The notes beneath the pieces were generated by a model. It ran no database searches and was not told where the DNA came from. It saw only the letters and a program-made list of their open reading frames with translations. This document shows positions 11,059 to 21,632 of a stretch of DNA of 64,000 nt, one piece after another (within the stretch, counting starts at the first letter, position 1; the number at the start of each line of letters is the position of its first letter). The position numbers were made by a program, and so were the translations under genes. This DNA is from an uncultured delta proteobacterium (GTDB lineage: Bacteria; Myxococcota; UBA727; VGSZ01), in NCBI GenBank assembly GCA_963775425.1, contig CAVZJB010000017.1:32001-96000 (forward strand), read 5' to 3'.

Positions 11059-12069
11059 TCAACGCGCCGGCGGCCGCGGGACGATGATCACCGTGGCCTT
11101 GGGATGCGCGATCACCGGGAAGAGACACACGCGATCGGTGCACGCCTGGTAGCGCACGGTGCCGCGCAGCTCGAGGCGATCGGCGGCGGCGGCGGCGGCG
11201 ACGGTGAACGGCACCCGGACCACGAACTTGCCCGCGTAGACGGACACGTTGTCGCCGGCCGTCAGCGCGATCTGCGACGGCGGGTAGAGGGGCTGCTCCA
11301 GCTTCAAGCCGTCCTTGGTGGCGAAGGCGACGTCGAGCGCGAAGTACTCCGGGCGGGAGGGCTCATGCGACATCACGCGGTGCCCCGGCGCGGTCGTGAA
11401 CGTGACCGCGATGACGCCGCTGTCGCCCGGATGCACGGCGGCGCCGGCGTCGACGGCGACGCGCACCGGCTCGCGCTGCGCGCCCGAGCTCGTCAGCTCC
11501 GCGATGCGTGAAGGCGACGGCGACTCCGAGGTCAGGAGGCGCACCCGCCCCTGCGGATCCACCACGGCGGTCTCGCCCGCGTAGCGGCCGGCCTCGCCGT
11601 ACTCCTCGACGCGGACGTCGCTCAGGTGGCGCTCCCACTCCGAGGTGTCCTTGGGCGTGACGACGATGGTGATGACGCCCTGCGGCCGCGTGAGCGACGC
11701 GATCTCATCGAGGTCGCGGGCGACGTCGTTGCACGTGGGGCAATAGCCGGCGGCGAAGTGCAGCACGAGCCAGTGGCCCCGGCGGGGCCCGAGCTTCAGG
11801 TCCCCGAGCGGCAAGGGCTCCGCCGCCGTCCTTCCGCGCGTCACCGACACGGTGCCGGCCACGCCCTCGGGCGTGCCCTGGCCCGCCACCGTCGCCGCCA
11901 GCGAAGGGCCCGCGGTGTCCGCCGACGTCGTGGGACCAGGGCGCGGCAGCGGGCTCGGCGCCTCGGGCGAGCCCGGGGAAGCGCACGATGCCAGGGCCGC
12001 GACGAGCGCGCCCATGACGAGCGGATGCGAGAAGCGGGATGGGCGAGAGGCCACAGCGAGGGACGTCAT
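11059..12069 (-). CDS. Lipoprotein: redoxin (CPTC) domain fused to a DsbD N-terminal-like domain
   Basis: LASC lipobox; VLHFAAGYCPTC; C-terminal VRYQACTDRVCLFP. Confidence 0.72.
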   Translation of the reverse strand: MTSLAVASRPSRFSHPLVMGALVAALASCASPGSPEAPSPLPRPGPTTSADTAGPSLAATVAGQGTPEGVAGTVSVTRGRTAAEPLPLGDLKLGPRRGHWLVLHFAAGYCPTCNDVARDLDEIASLTRPQGVITIVVTPKDTSEWERHLSDVRVEEYGEAGRYAGETAVVDPQGRVRLLTSESPSPSRIAELTSSGAQREPVRVAVDAGAAVHPGDSGVIAVTFTTAPGHRVMSHEPSRPEYFALDVAFATKDGLKLEQPLYPPSQIALTAGDNVSVYAGKFVVRVPFTVAAAAAADRLELRGTVRYQACTDRVCLFPVIAHPKATVIIVPRPPAR

Positions 12070-12165
12070 GCACGCGTTCCGTGCCAGCGCCGTGCCCGCG
12101 GCTCCCGGGGAGTCCGGCCGGCCGTCGGCGTTGGCAGGTGGCTGAGATGCCGCTAGACGACACCG

Positions 12166-13200
12166 ATGCAGGTGTCCCTTCGCCCACAACAGGGAAGGAA
12201 GGCCGTGGCCGCGTGGCTCTTCGCGTGCGCGGGCTTCGTGCTCGCCATGGTGGTGGTCGGCGGCATCACCCGGCTCACGCGGTCGGGCCTGTCCATCGTC
12301 GAATGGAAGCCCGTCACCGGCGCCCTCCCCCCGCTGTCGCACGCCGACTGGCTCGAGGCCTTCCGCGCCTACCAGCAGTCGCCCGAGGGGCGGCTGGTCA
12401 ACCACGGCATGGACCTCGCGGCCTTCCAGCACATCTTCTTCATCGAGTGGCTGCATCGGCTGCTCGGCCGCGTCACGGGCTTCGTGGTCCTCGTGCCGTT
12501 CGTCTTCTTCGCCGCCACGCGTCGCCTCAGCGGGCGGCGCGCCGTGCGCATCCTCGGCATCTTCGCCCTCGGCGGCGTGCAGGGCTTCCTCGGCTGGTTC
12601 ATGGTGCGCAGCGGCCTCGAGAACGCGCCGCACGTGAGCCCCTACCGCCTGATGATCCACCTGGGGATGGCGCTGTTCATCTTCTCGCTGCTGCTGTGGA
12701 ACGCGTTCGACGAGAGCGCCACCGCGCGCCCCTCTTCGGTTCCTTCTCAGCTCCGGCCCTTCGCGTGGGCCACGCTCGTCGTCGTGGCGCTCACTATCGC
12801 GTGGGGCGCGATGATGGCGGGCCTGCACGCGGGCCTCGTCGCGCCCACGTTCCCGGACATCAACGGCGCCTACATCCCGGACGGCATGTTCCCCGAGCGC
12901 CCGTGGCTCGTGAACCTCGTGCACAACGCGCTCACCGTGCACTTCATCCACCGCGTGCTCGCCGGCTGCGTCGCCCTCGGCACCGCCGTCACCCTCGCCG
13001 CAGCCTTCGTCGGCCGCGCCCCGCCCGCCGCGCGCAAGGCCGCCCTCGCGCTCGCGTGCGCCGTCGTGCTTCAGGTGGTGCTCGGCGCCTTCACCGTGGT
13101 GAACCACGTGCCGGTCACGCTCGCCGCTTTGCACCAGACCAACGGCGCGCTCCTCCTCGGCTGCGCCGTCGCCCTCGTCCACGCCCTCCGCCGCGCGTAG
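12166..13200 (+). CDS. ctaA: Heme A synthase (COX15/CtaA family)
   Basis: GGITRLTRSGLSIVEW, EWLHRLLGR, GWFMVRSGL, VSPYRL..HL, HFIHR, LHQ. Confidence 0.93.
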   Translation: MQVSLRPQQGRKAVAAWLFACAGFVLAMVVVGGITRLTRSGLSIVEWKPVTGALPPLSHADWLEAFRAYQQSPEGRLVNHGMDLAAFQHIFFIEWLHRLLGRVTGFVVLVPFVFFAATRRLSGRRAVRILGIFALGGVQGFLGWFMVRSGLENAPHVSPYRLMIHLGMALFIFSLLLWNAFDESATARPSSVPSQLRPFAWATLVVVALTIAWGAMMAGLHAGLVAPTFPDINGAYIPDGMFPERPWLVNLVHNALTVHFIHRVLAGCVALGTAVTLAAAFVGRAPPAARKAALALACAVVLQVVLGAFTVVNHVPVTLAALHQTNGALLLGCAVALVHALRRA

Positions 13201-13236
13201 CGTCGCGTCACGCCGGCATCGTACGGCCGTCGGACG

Positions 13237-13860
13237 TCATGGGCAGGGCATGCCGGCGCTGACCCACGTCGAGAACGCCGCGACGAAGGCGTCGTGCGCG
13301 AGCGGAGGCGTGCTGCGCCTGCCGCCGGGGTGCCAGCCGTGGAGCACCAGCGCGTCTTCGCTCACGTGCCGCAGGAGCGCGGCGCCGTCCTTGCCGCCGT
13401 TTTGCTTTTGGTCGCGGACACCGAGGCACAGGTCGTGCGCGGACTTGCCCTCGAAGATCATCGGGTGCTCCGGCGGCGGCAGCCGCCACACGGGCGCGAC
13501 CGGCGGCGCGCCGGGGACGTCGATGACCGCCGTGGGCGTCACCCGGTGACAGGTGCGGCACGACATGCCCACCTGCTCGAGGCCGCGGCGCACCTCCATC
13601 GGGTGCCGCTCGTGGTGGTCGCCCACCATGGGCGCGTCGCCCCTGGGGTGACAGTTCACGCAGCGCGGCGACTGCAGCACGCGCGCGACGTCGAGGAACG
13701 CCTGCGCCCCGGCGCTGCGCGTGGGCGGCGGCGCGGCTTCGGCGTCTCCCGGCGCGCCGGCGAGCGCCGCCAGCGCCGCGAGCGCCGCGAGGGCCCCGGC
13801 GAAGACGGCGGGCGCGCGCGCCCTTCGATCGGCCACCGGAGGGAGCGGCCGCGCGCTCAC
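13237..13860 (-). CDS. Exported diheme c-type cytochrome associated with the molybdo-oxidoreductase
   Basis: Signal peptide; CVNCH and CRTCH; 4-nt overlap with the large subunit. Confidence 0.8.
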   Translation of the reverse strand: MSARPLPPVADRRARAPAVFAGALAALAALAALAGAPGDAEAAPPPTRSAGAQAFLDVARVLQSPRCVNCHPRGDAPMVGDHHERHPMEVRRGLEQVGMSCRTCHRVTPTAVIDVPGAPPVAPVWRLPPPEHPMIFEGKSAHDLCLGVRDQKQNGGKDGAALLRHVSEDALVLHGWHPGGRRSTPPLAHDAFVAAFSTWVSAGMPCP

Positions 13861-16112
13861 AACGACACCTCCTCGGGCTTGTCTCCGGCGAGCACGAGCG
13901 CGATGTCGGGGCCGAGCGGCAAGCGGCGCAGGCGCACCCCGGTGGCGGCGAAGAAGGCGTTTGCCAGCGCGGGCGCGAGCGGCGGCACGGCGAGCTCGCC
14001 GACGCCGGTGGGGCGGTCGCCGCTCTCGATGATGATGGTCTCGATCTTCGGCGCCGCGGGCATCCGCAGGAGCGGGAAGTCGTGGAAGTTGCTCTGGCGC
14101 ACGCGGCCGCCGTCGAAGTCGATGCGCTGCGACAGCGCCGCGGACAACCCGAAGATGACGCCGGACTCCATCTGCGCCGCGACGAGGTCGGGGTTGACGG
14201 CGACGCCGCAGTCGATGGCGGTGACGACGCGGTGCACGCGCAGCGCGCGCCCGCCAGGGTTGGCGGCGCTGCCGTCGCCGTCGATGGAGATCTCAAGCGC
14301 GTGCGCGCACACGCTGCCGAAGCACGCGTGCTGCGCGATGCCGTAGAAGCGTCCCGGCGCCGGGCCCTTCTCCCAGTCGATGCCCTTGGCCGCCGCTTCG
14401 AGCACCGCGCGGTTTCGCGGCGCGTCCTTCAAGAGCGCGCGCCGGAAGGCGTACGGATCGTGGGCGCCGAGGTGCGCGAGCTCGTCGACGAAGCCCTCGA
14501 CGACGAAGCCGTTGATGGAGTGGCCCACCGAGCGCCACGAGAACACGGGGACGCCGGGCTCGTAGACCGCGATCTCTACCTGCTCGTTCGGCACGGCGTA
14601 CGGCTTGTCCGCCGCGCCCTCCACCGCCGTCGGATCGACGACCTTGCCGTCAACGAAGAGGTCGGCGACGCCGCTCTCGATGATGTCGAGCGCCACTTGC
14701 GGGAGCATCTCGGGCGCGAACGCGCCGATGAGGTCGGCGGCGCCGGGGACGAGCGACTGGCCCGCGATGCGGTGGAACCACGCCACCGGCATGCCGTCTT
14801 CGCCGACGGCGCCGTCGACGAGCGCGAGCGACGCGGGGCGATACGTCGCGAAGCGCACGTCGTCCTCGCGGGACCACTGCACCTTCACGGGCGCGCCCAC
14901 CGCCTTGCTGATGGCGACCGCCTCGCTGATGAAGTCCGCCGCGGCGCGCCGGCCGAAGCCGCCGCCGAGGAACGTGGTGACCACCTCCACGTTGGCGTCG
15001 GGGACGCCGGCGACGCGCGCGGCGATGCCCCTCACGACGGTGGGCGATTGCGTGGGCGCCCACACCCGACAGCGGTCGCCCTGGACCCACGCGGTGGCGT
15101 TCATCGGCTCCATCGGGACGTGCGCGAGGTACGGCACCTCGTACACCGCGCGCACGCGCTTCTTGGCGCCGTCGAGCGCGCGATCCACGCGGCCCTTGGC
15201 GGTGACGATCTTGGCGTCGCGCTTGAGCATCGAGATGTGGCGCCAGCGCAGGCTCTCCGTGGAGAAGCCGGCCATGCTCCCGTCGTCCCACTTCACGTCG
15301 ACGAGCGCCGCGCCCTTCTTGGCGTGCCAGGTGCCGTCTGCGACGACGGCGACGCCCTGGGGGATCTGCACGACGTGCTTCACGCCCGGCGACGCGAGCG
15401 CCTTGTTGGCGTCGAACGACACGAGCCTTCCGCGCAGCACCGGCGAGCGCAGCACCACGGCGGTGAGCAGCCCGGGGAGCTGTACGTCGATGCCGAACAC
15501 GGCGCTGCCGTCGACCTTGGCCGGCCCGTCGAGCCGGCGCACGGACTTGCCGATCACGCCCCACGACGAGCGCTCCTTGAGGGGCACGGAGCCGACGGAC
15601 TCGTCGGCGGCGAGCGCGGCGACGTCGCCGTAGCGGAGCACGCCGAGCTTTGCGTGGTGGAGCGCGCCCGCTTTGGCGGTGACCTCCTCGACGGGGACGC
15701 CCCACTTCCGCGCCGCCGCCTTCTTCAACAGCTCGCGCGTGGTGGCGCCGGCGGTGCGGATGACGTCCCACTGCGAGGTGGTCGACATGGAGCCGCCCGT
15801 GAGCTGCACGCCGTAGGCGCCGAAGTCGACGGGCGCGAACTGCACCTGGATGCGCTCGAGGGGCACCTCGAGCTCCTCGGCGAGCATCTGCGTGTGCGAC
15901 GTGAGCACGCCCTGCCCCATCTCGGCTTGCGTGAGGGCGAACGCGACGCTGTCGTCGGCGCCGATGGACACCCACGCGTTCGGGTGGAACCCGCCCCCGA
16001 GCACCTGCACGCCCTTGGCGTGTCCGCAGCCCTCGACGAGGAACCCGACGGTGAGCCCGCCGCCGGCGGCGGCCATCACCTTCATGAACAATCGACGCGA
16101 CAGGCCGCTCAC
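13857..16112 (-). CDS. iorB: Xanthine dehydrogenase-family molybdopterin subunit (isoquinoline 1-oxidoreductase beta type), Tat-exported
   Basis: SRRLFMK Tat motif; EMGQG, TGGS, HVPMEP, GGGFGRR, WRSVG, GVGE. Confidence 0.92.
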   Translation of the reverse strand: MSGLSRRLFMKVMAAAGGGLTVGFLVEGCGHAKGVQVLGGGFHPNAWVSIGADDSVAFALTQAEMGQGVLTSHTQMLAEELEVPLERIQVQFAPVDFGAYGVQLTGGSMSTTSQWDVIRTAGATTRELLKKAAARKWGVPVEEVTAKAGALHHAKLGVLRYGDVAALAADESVGSVPLKERSSWGVIGKSVRRLDGPAKVDGSAVFGIDVQLPGLLTAVVLRSPVLRGRLVSFDANKALASPGVKHVVQIPQGVAVVADGTWHAKKGAALVDVKWDDGSMAGFSTESLRWRHISMLKRDAKIVTAKGRVDRALDGAKKRVRAVYEVPYLAHVPMEPMNATAWVQGDRCRVWAPTQSPTVVRGIAARVAGVPDANVEVVTTFLGGGFGRRAAADFISEAVAISKAVGAPVKVQWSREDDVRFATYRPASLALVDGAVGEDGMPVAWFHRIAGQSLVPGAADLIGAFAPEMLPQVALDIIESGVADLFVDGKVVDPTAVEGAADKPYAVPNEQVEIAVYEPGVPVFSWRSVGHSINGFVVEGFVDELAHLGAHDPYAFRRALLKDAPRNRAVLEAAAKGIDWEKGPAPGRFYGIAQHACFGSVCAHALEISIDGDGSAANPGGRALRVHRVVTAIDCGVAVNPDLVAAQMESGVIFGLSAALSQRIDFDGGRVRQSNFHDFPLLRMPAAPKIETIIIESGDRPTGVGELAVPPLAPALANAFFAATGVRLRRLPLGPDIALVLAGDKPEEVSL

Positions 16113-16576
16113 CCGGCACCTCCTTCATCGTCGACGACGGAGAGGATCGCCTTCTTGATGCGACCGTACGTCCCGCAGCGGCAGAGGTTGCCGCTCAAGC
16201 AGCGGTCGATGTCGCCCTCGCCGGGGTGCGGGTTGGCGGCGAGCATGGCCGCGGCCGACATGATCTGGCCCGACTGGCAGTAGCCGCACTGGGGCACGTT
16301 TTGATCGATCCAGGCCTGCTGCAGCGGGTGGCGCTTCCCGCCCGGCGCGAGCCCCTCGATGGTGGTGACGCTGTGCCCTGCGACCTCACCGACGGGGAGG
16401 ACGCAGGAGCGCACGGCCTGACCGTCGAGGTGAACGGTGCAAGCGCCGCACAGGGCCATGCCGCAGCCGAACTTGGTGCCCGTGAGCTTCAGCGTGTCGC
16501 GCAGCACCCACAAAAGAGGCGTATCGGGCTCGACGTCGACGGTGGTCGGCTTTCCGTTGAGCGTGAACTGGACCAT
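16109..16576 (-). CDS. iorA: (2Fe-2S)-binding small subunit
   Basis: [32 protein letters not shown]. Confidence 0.95.
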   Translation of the reverse strand: MVQFTLNGKPTTVDVEPDTPLLWVLRDTLKLTGTKFGCGMALCGACTVHLDGQAVRSCVLPVGEVAGHSVTTIEGLAPGGKRHPLQQAWIDQNVPQCGYCQSGQIMSAAAMLAANPHPGEGDIDRCLSGNLCRCGTYGRIKKAILSVVDDEGGAG

Positions 16577-16649
16577 GGCCCCATTGGTAGCACGCCGGCC
16601 CCTCACGCGTGACGCGGCGGCTGGTCCGCCGCTCGTGAGCCAGCGCCGC

Positions 16650-17621
16650 TCAGCGGCCCTCAGCGCTCAAGAGGTCCACGATGGTGACGCCAATCTGGGT
16701 GCCGCCGAACAAGCTCCCCGTGATCCGCCTGTCGAAGCGGCGCTTGGCCAGCGCGTAGCCCTCGTCGGGCAGCGGGACATAGCCGACGTCGGCGACGATG
16801 CGCGCCCCCTGATCGAGGTACGTCCTCACGAACGCCTGCACCTCGGGCCGCTCGGCGGCGCTGCGCTCGACGTAGATGAACAGCGGGCGCGACAGCGGCT
16901 CGTAGGTCGCGTCGCGCACGGTCTCCACGCTCGCGCGTACGCCGTTCACGGCGACGAGCTTGAGGCGCGCCTTGTCGTTCCAGTAGTAGGCGAGGCCGAA
17001 GAACCCGAGCGCGTCCTTGTCGCGCTCGACGCCCTCCACGAGCGCGTCGTCGTCCTCGCTGGAGAAGAAGTCCCCGCGGCTCGAGTGCTCCTCGCCGACG
17101 ATGGCGCGCGTGAAGTAGTCGTAGGTGCCCGAGTCCACGCCCGCGCCATAGAGGTGGACGCGCTCACGCGGCCACCCCGGGCGCACGTCGCTGAAATGGA
17201 GCACCTTGCCCTGCGCCGCCGGCTCCCACAGGGCCTTCAGCTCGTCCACGGTCACGTCGTCGACGAAGTCGTTCTTGGGGTTTACGACGACGGCGATGCC
17301 GTCGAACGCGATGGGCAGCTCGATGAGCTCGACGCCGCGCGCGCGGCACGCCTCCCGCTCGCGCGCGGTGATGGGGCGCGAGGCGTCGCTGATGGCGACG
17401 TCTCCGTTGCACAGCCTGCGGAAGCCACCGGCGCTGCCGGAGATGCCGATGGCGACGTCGAGGTGGCTGCGCCGGGCGACGGCCTGGCTGATGGGGAACA
17501 CCGTGCTCGAGCCGTCGACGGCGATGACGGAGCCGCCGGCGCGGTCACGACACGCCGCGAGGAGAGCCGAGGCCAGGACCGCGGCCAGGAGGGGGACGAG
17601 GAGGGCGCGACGAGCCCGCAT
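16650..17621 (-). CDS. pstS: Phosphate-binding lipoprotein PstS
   Basis: LAAC lipobox; [41 protein letters not shown]. Confidence 0.92.
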   Translation of the reverse strand: MRARRALLVPLLAAVLASALLAACRDRAGGSVIAVDGSSTVFPISQAVARRSHLDVAIGISGSAGGFRRLCNGDVAISDASRPITAREREACRARGVELIELPIAFDGIAVVVNPKNDFVDDVTVDELKALWEPAAQGKVLHFSDVRPGWPRERVHLYGAGVDSGTYDYFTRAIVGEEHSSRGDFFSSEDDDALVEGVERDKDALGFFGLAYYWNDKARLKLVAVNGVRASVETVRDATYEPLSRPLFIYVERSAAERPEVQAFVRTYLDQGARIVADVGYVPLPDEGYALAKRRFDRRITGSLFGGTQIGVTIVDLLSAEGR

Positions 17622-17643
17622 CCCCCGGAGATAGCGCTTCACG

Positions 17644-17670
17644 GTGTCAGCCCTGTGACGGGAGCGTGAA
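17644..17670 (-). promoter_or_regulatory. Putative Pho box upstream of pstS, embedded in the 3' end of phoR
   Basis: Minus strand TTCAC-N6-GTCAC-N6-GACAC, exact 11-bp period. Confidence 0.6.
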
Positions 17671-19395
17671 GAAGAAGATGGAGCCGCGGGGAGATGCGGG
17701 CTCGACGCCCACCTCGCCGCCCATCCCCTCCACCAGGTGCTTCACGATGGCGAGGCCGAGCCCGGTGCCGCCGACGTCGCGCGAGCGCCCGCGGTCGATG
17801 CGATAGAAGCGCTCGAAGAGCCGCGCGCGGTGCTTGGGCTCGATGCCCGGGCCGTCGTCGACGACCTCCACGCGCACCTTTCCCGCGCCGGTGCGAGCGC
17901 GCACGGTGACGTGGCCGCCTTGCGGCGTGTACTTGACCGCGTTGGCGAGGAGGTTCACCAACACCTGGTCCACCGCCTTGGCGTCGCCGACGGCGGTGAG
18001 CCGCTCGGGCACCTCCACCGTCACCTCGTGCGTGTGCTTGCCGGCGAGATCGTCGACGGCGCTCTTGCACAGCCCGCGCAGGTCGAGGGGCTCGCGCGCG
18101 AGCGGCACCTGGCCGGCCTCGATGCGCGACAGGTCGAGGAGATCGCCCACGAGGCGCGTGAGGCGATCGGCGTTCCTGTCGATGGCCTCGAGGAAGTTGC
18201 GCGAGCTGTCCCGGTCCTCGAGCCCGCCGTGCAGGAGCGTCTCCGCGCCCGCGCGGATCACGCTCACCGGCGTGCGCAGCTCGTGGGAGACGTTGCTGAC
18301 GAAGTCGCGGCGCACGCGCTCGAGCCGGCGCACCTCGCTCACGTCGTGGAGCACGATGACGGCGCCGCCCGCGCGCACCGGCGCCGCGCGGACCAGGAGC
18401 GTCCGCACCGGCGCGGGCAGCTCGAGCTCCACCGACGCCACCTCGCCCTCGCGCGCCTTGTGCGCGGCCTCGTCGAGGGCGGGCACGCGCGTGAGCTCGA
18501 CCAGCGAGCGGCCGACCCCCTCGGCGTCGACGCGCAGGAGGTCGCGCGCGGCGGCGTTGACGAGGACCACCCTGCCCTCGGCGTCGAGCCCGATGACGCC
18601 TTCGCTCATGGCCTCGAGCACCGCCGCGAAACGATCGCGCTCCGACGCCAGCGTGCCCACGGTGCGCGACAGGTCTTCGGCCAGCTTTTGCAGCGTGCCG
18701 GCGATGCCGCCGATGTCGTCGTCGTCGTCGTGGCGCATGGGCTCGCCGCCCTCGCCGCGCGCCCCGGCGAGCGCGCGCGCGTGCAACACCACCGCCCGCA
18801 ACGTGCGCGACAGGAGCTGCGAGGCGAGCGCGCTCATGACGACGGCGGCGGCGAGGCTGAGCGCGCCGGCCATGGCCAGCACGAGCCGCAGCCGCGCGAG
18901 CGCGGCGTCGACGTCGTCGTAGTTGGCGGCCACGCGGACGACGCCGCCGCCGGCGTCGTCGTCGGGGGTGCGCCAGCGCTCGGCGAGAAAGAGCGTGTCC
19001 TTTTGCGCCGCCACGCTCGGGCGTCGGGCGCGGCCACGCTGGCCGGCCAGCGCCTGGGCGACCTCTGGGCGCGCCTTGAGCACGGCGGGCGCCTCGGCGC
19101 GGGCGGTGGCGCGCGCGGAGTCGCCGACGACGGCGCCGTCGACGGCGATGAAGGTGACGCGGGCGCCGAGGGCGCCGCCGAGGGCGCCGGCGAGGGCGTC
19201 GTCGGGCGCGGCGCGCGCGGTCTCGGCGGCGACGCGGGCGGCGTCGAGCGCGTGCGACAGCTCGTCCTCGATGCGCCCCTCGATCCACCCCTTGAGCAGC
19301 CCCTGCGCCACGACGCCCGCGACGACGAGGACGACCCCGACCACGCCGAGGGAAGCGAGGAAGAGCCGGCCGCGCACCTGCAGCCGAAGCCTCAT
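17647..19395 (-). CDS. phoR: Phosphate regulon sensor kinase PhoR
   Basis: Two TM segments, HAMP/PAS-like region, RRDFVSNVSHELRTP, NAVKY, DDGPGI, RLFERFYR, GGTGLGLAIVKH. Confidence 0.92.
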   Translation of the reverse strand: MRLRLQVRGRLFLASLGVVGVVLVVAGVVAQGLLKGWIEGRIEDELSHALDAARVAAETARAAPDDALAGALGGALGARVTFIAVDGAVVGDSARATARAEAPAVLKARPEVAQALAGQRGRARRPSVAAQKDTLFLAERWRTPDDDAGGGVVRVAANYDDVDAALARLRLVLAMAGALSLAAAVVMSALASQLLSRTLRAVVLHARALAGARGEGGEPMRHDDDDDIGGIAGTLQKLAEDLSRTVGTLASERDRFAAVLEAMSEGVIGLDAEGRVVLVNAAARDLLRVDAEGVGRSLVELTRVPALDEAAHKAREGEVASVELELPAPVRTLLVRAAPVRAGGAVIVLHDVSEVRRLERVRRDFVSNVSHELRTPVSVIRAGAETLLHGGLEDRDSSRNFLEAIDRNADRLTRLVGDLLDLSRIEAGQVPLAREPLDLRGLCKSAVDDLAGKHTHEVTVEVPERLTAVGDAKAVDQVLVNLLANAVKYTPQGGHVTVRARTGAGKVRVEVVDDGPGIEPKHRARLFERFYRIDRGRSRDVGGTGLGLAIVKHLVEGMGGEVGVEPASPRGSIFFFTLPSQG

Positions 19396-20135
19396 GGGCC
19401 CTCGCGCACGTCTTCGGGGCGCTCCGCGAAGCGATAGCCGACGCCGCGCAGCGTCTCGACGTAGGCGCCGGCGGGCCCGAGCTTCTCGCGCAGCCGCTTC
19501 ACGTGGGTGTCCACGGTGCGGGTGGTGACCTCGGCGGACATGCCCCAGACGTCGTTCAGGAGGGTGTCGCGGGTCTGCACGCGGCCGCGGCGCGCGAGGA
19601 GCGTGGTGAGGAGACGAAACTCGAGCGCCGTGAGCGTGACGTCGGTGCCGTCCACGCGCACGCGGTGCGCAGCCTCGTCGACGGCGAGGCGCCCGAACAC
19701 GACGGGCCCGGTCGCGGCGGGCGCGGCCGGCGGGGCCTGCGCCGGCGCCGGCGCAGGCGCGGCCTGGGCGCGCCGGAGCACCGCCTGGATGCGCAGGACC
19801 AGCTCGCGGACGGAGAACGGCTTGACGATGTAGTCGTCGGCGCCGACCTCGAAGCCGACCACCCTGTCGATCTCCTCGCCGCGGGCGGTGAGCATGATGA
19901 CCGGGATGGAGCGCCACGCCTCGCTCTGCTTGAGGCGGCGGCAGACCTCCACGCCGGACATGTCGGGGAGCATGAGGTCGAGCAGGACCAGGGCCGGCCG
20001 CTCGTGGGTGACGATCTCGAGCGCGGCGGCGCCGGTCTCCGCGAGGCGGGTCTCGAAGCCCTCGCGCTTGAGGTTGTAGTCGACGACGGCGGCGAGATCG
20101 CGCTCGTCGTCGACGATGAGGATCAGTCCGTTCAT
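19392..20135 (-). CDS. phoB: Phosphate regulon response regulator PhoB
   Basis: REC plus winged helix; LLDLMLP, GADDYIVKPFS, RTVDTHVKRLR, TLRGVGYRF; coupled to phoR. Confidence 0.9.
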   Translation of the reverse strand: MNGLILIVDDERDLAAVVDYNLKREGFETRLAETGAAALEIVTHERPALVLLDLMLPDMSGVEVCRRLKQSEAWRSIPVIMLTARGEEIDRVVGFEVGADDYIVKPFSVRELVLRIQAVLRRAQAAPAPAPAQAPPAAPAATGPVVFGRLAVDEAAHRVRVDGTDVTLTALEFRLLTTLLARRGRVQTRDTLLNDVWGMSAEVTTRTVDTHVKRLREKLGPAGAYVETLRGVGYRFAERPEDVREGP

Positions 20136-20170
20136 CCGCCTCGCCCCATGGCCGGGATCCGACACGCCCG

Positions 20171-20190
20171 ATGTGACATGGGCGTGACGC
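20171..20190 (-). promoter_or_regulatory. Pho box upstream of phoB
   Basis: Minus strand GTCACGCCCATGTCACAT: two GTCAC units 11 bp apart. Confidence 0.65.
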
Positions 20191-20283
20191 TGACGCAACG
20201 CGCCGTAAACCGCGTCCGGACGCGCCCCGCCCGAGCCGCCGCCCGCGGGAGCCTGGCGGCGCCGGCGGGACCGTCGGGCCCCC

Positions 20284-20353
20284 CGCCCAGGGGCGGTCCG
20301 CCCCTGGGCGCGGGGCGATTTCAATCGCCGCGTACCGATTTCGTAAATCGCCC
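20284..20353. repeat. Cluster of palindromes in the phoB divergent intergenic region
   Basis: Perfect 13-1-13 palindrome at 20284-20310; GGGCGATTT...AAATCGCCC at 20313-20353 containing two internal CGATT..AATCG dyads. Confidence 0.7.
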
Positions 20354-20441
20354 GGGAGCAGTTGTCCCAATGATTGTCGCGCGACGAACGGCGTGGAACG
20401 TGATGCCTGTGCGCGCTTCGTGTGCGTACAGGAGAAAGTGC

Positions 20442-20879
20442 ATGACCCCGATCATCCGCAACCTGACCATCGCCGCCGGCTTCGCCCTCGCCCTCCCGGC
20501 GTTCGCCGACGACGACGCCGCCGCGCCGCCCACCGACGCTGCCCCGCCCGCCGCCGCCCCCGCCCCCGCCACCCCGGCCGCCGACGCCGCCGCGCCGGCG
20601 ACGCCCGCGCCCGCCAAGGGGAAGAAGGGCAAGCACAAGGGCAAGGGCAAGAAGAAGGCCCACGCCCGCAACGCCGCTCCCGGCGCCAAGGACGCCAAGG
20701 GCAAGGCCGTCGGCCCCGCCAAGGACGCCAAGAAGGACGCGACCAAGAGCGCCGCCAAGGGCGCCGCCAAAAAGCCGACGGCGGCCAAGCCGGCGAAGCC
20801 CGCCACCCCCGCGCCGGCGGCGACGCCCGACACGGACGACGGCGCGCTCCCCGACGACGACAGCACGCCGCAGGAGTAG
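20442..20879 (+). CDS. Secreted low-complexity Ala/Pro/Lys-rich protein
   Basis: AGGAG RBS; signal peptide ending PAFA; KGKKGKHKGKGKKK and AKDAKK repeats. Confidence 0.8.
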   Translation: MTPIIRNLTIAAGFALALPAFADDDAAAPPTDAAPPAAAPAPATPAADAAAPATPAPAKGKKGKHKGKGKKKAHARNAAPGAKDAKGKAVGPAKDAKKDATKSAAKGAAKKPTAAKPAKPATPAPAATPDTDDGALPDDDSTPQE

Positions 20880-20945
20880 CTCGGGGCTCGCCCCGCTTCG
20901 AACGGCCGGTGACGCGAGCGGCTCGTGGGACTATCCCGAGGCCGC

Positions 20946-21632
20946 ATGAGGACCGCTCTCGTCACCGGCGCAAACCGCGGCATCGGCCTCGAGGTCACAC
21001 GGCAGCTCGCGTCGCGCGGGCTGCGTGTGTTTCTGGGCGCGCGCGACGCCGCCGCCGGCGAAGAGGCCGCCCTCGCCCTCGTCGGCGACGGCCTCGAGGT
21101 CCACGCCGTCCCCTTGGACGTCGACGAAGACGACAGCGTCGAGGAAGCGGCGCGCGTCGTCACCGGCATGGGCCACGCCGTCGACGTCCTCGTCAACAAC
21201 GCCGGCATCGTCCGCCGCGCCGGCGTCCTCACCACCTCGTGGCAGGACTGGCGCGCGTCCCTCGAGACCAACCTCTGGGGCGCGCTGCGCACCTCGCGCG
21301 TCTTCGTCCCCGGGATGATCGAGCGCGGCTACGGACGCGTCGTCAACGTGTCGTCGGGGTTCGGCAGCTTCGGCGAGGGGCTCGAGGGCCCGGCATCGTA
21401 CTCCGTCTCCAAGGCCGCCCTCGACGCGCTCACCGTCAAGCTCGCGCAGGACGTCAGCGGCGACGTCAAGGTCAACGCGTGCTGCCCCGGGTGGGTGCGC
21501 ACGGACATGGGCGGCGCCGGCGCCGAGCGCTCCGTGGAGAGCGGCGCCGACGTCGTGGTCTGGCTCGCCACCCTCGACGACAACGGCCCGAGCGGCGGCT
21601 TCTTCCGCGATCGCGTGCGCATCCCGTGGTGA
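20946..21632 (+). CDS. Short-chain dehydrogenase/reductase (carbonyl reductase-like)
   Basis: TGANRGIG, NNAG, YSVSK, CPGWVRTDMGG. Confidence 0.93.
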   Translation: MRTALVTGANRGIGLEVTRQLASRGLRVFLGARDAAAGEEAALALVGDGLEVHAVPLDVDEDDSVEEAARVVTGMGHAVDVLVNNAGIVRRAGVLTTSWQDWRASLETNLWGALRTSRVFVPGMIERGYGRVVNVSSGFGSFGEGLEGPASYSVSKAALDALTVKLAQDVSGDVKVNACCPGWVRTDMGGAGAERSVESGADVVVWLATLDDNGPSGGFFRDRVRIPW

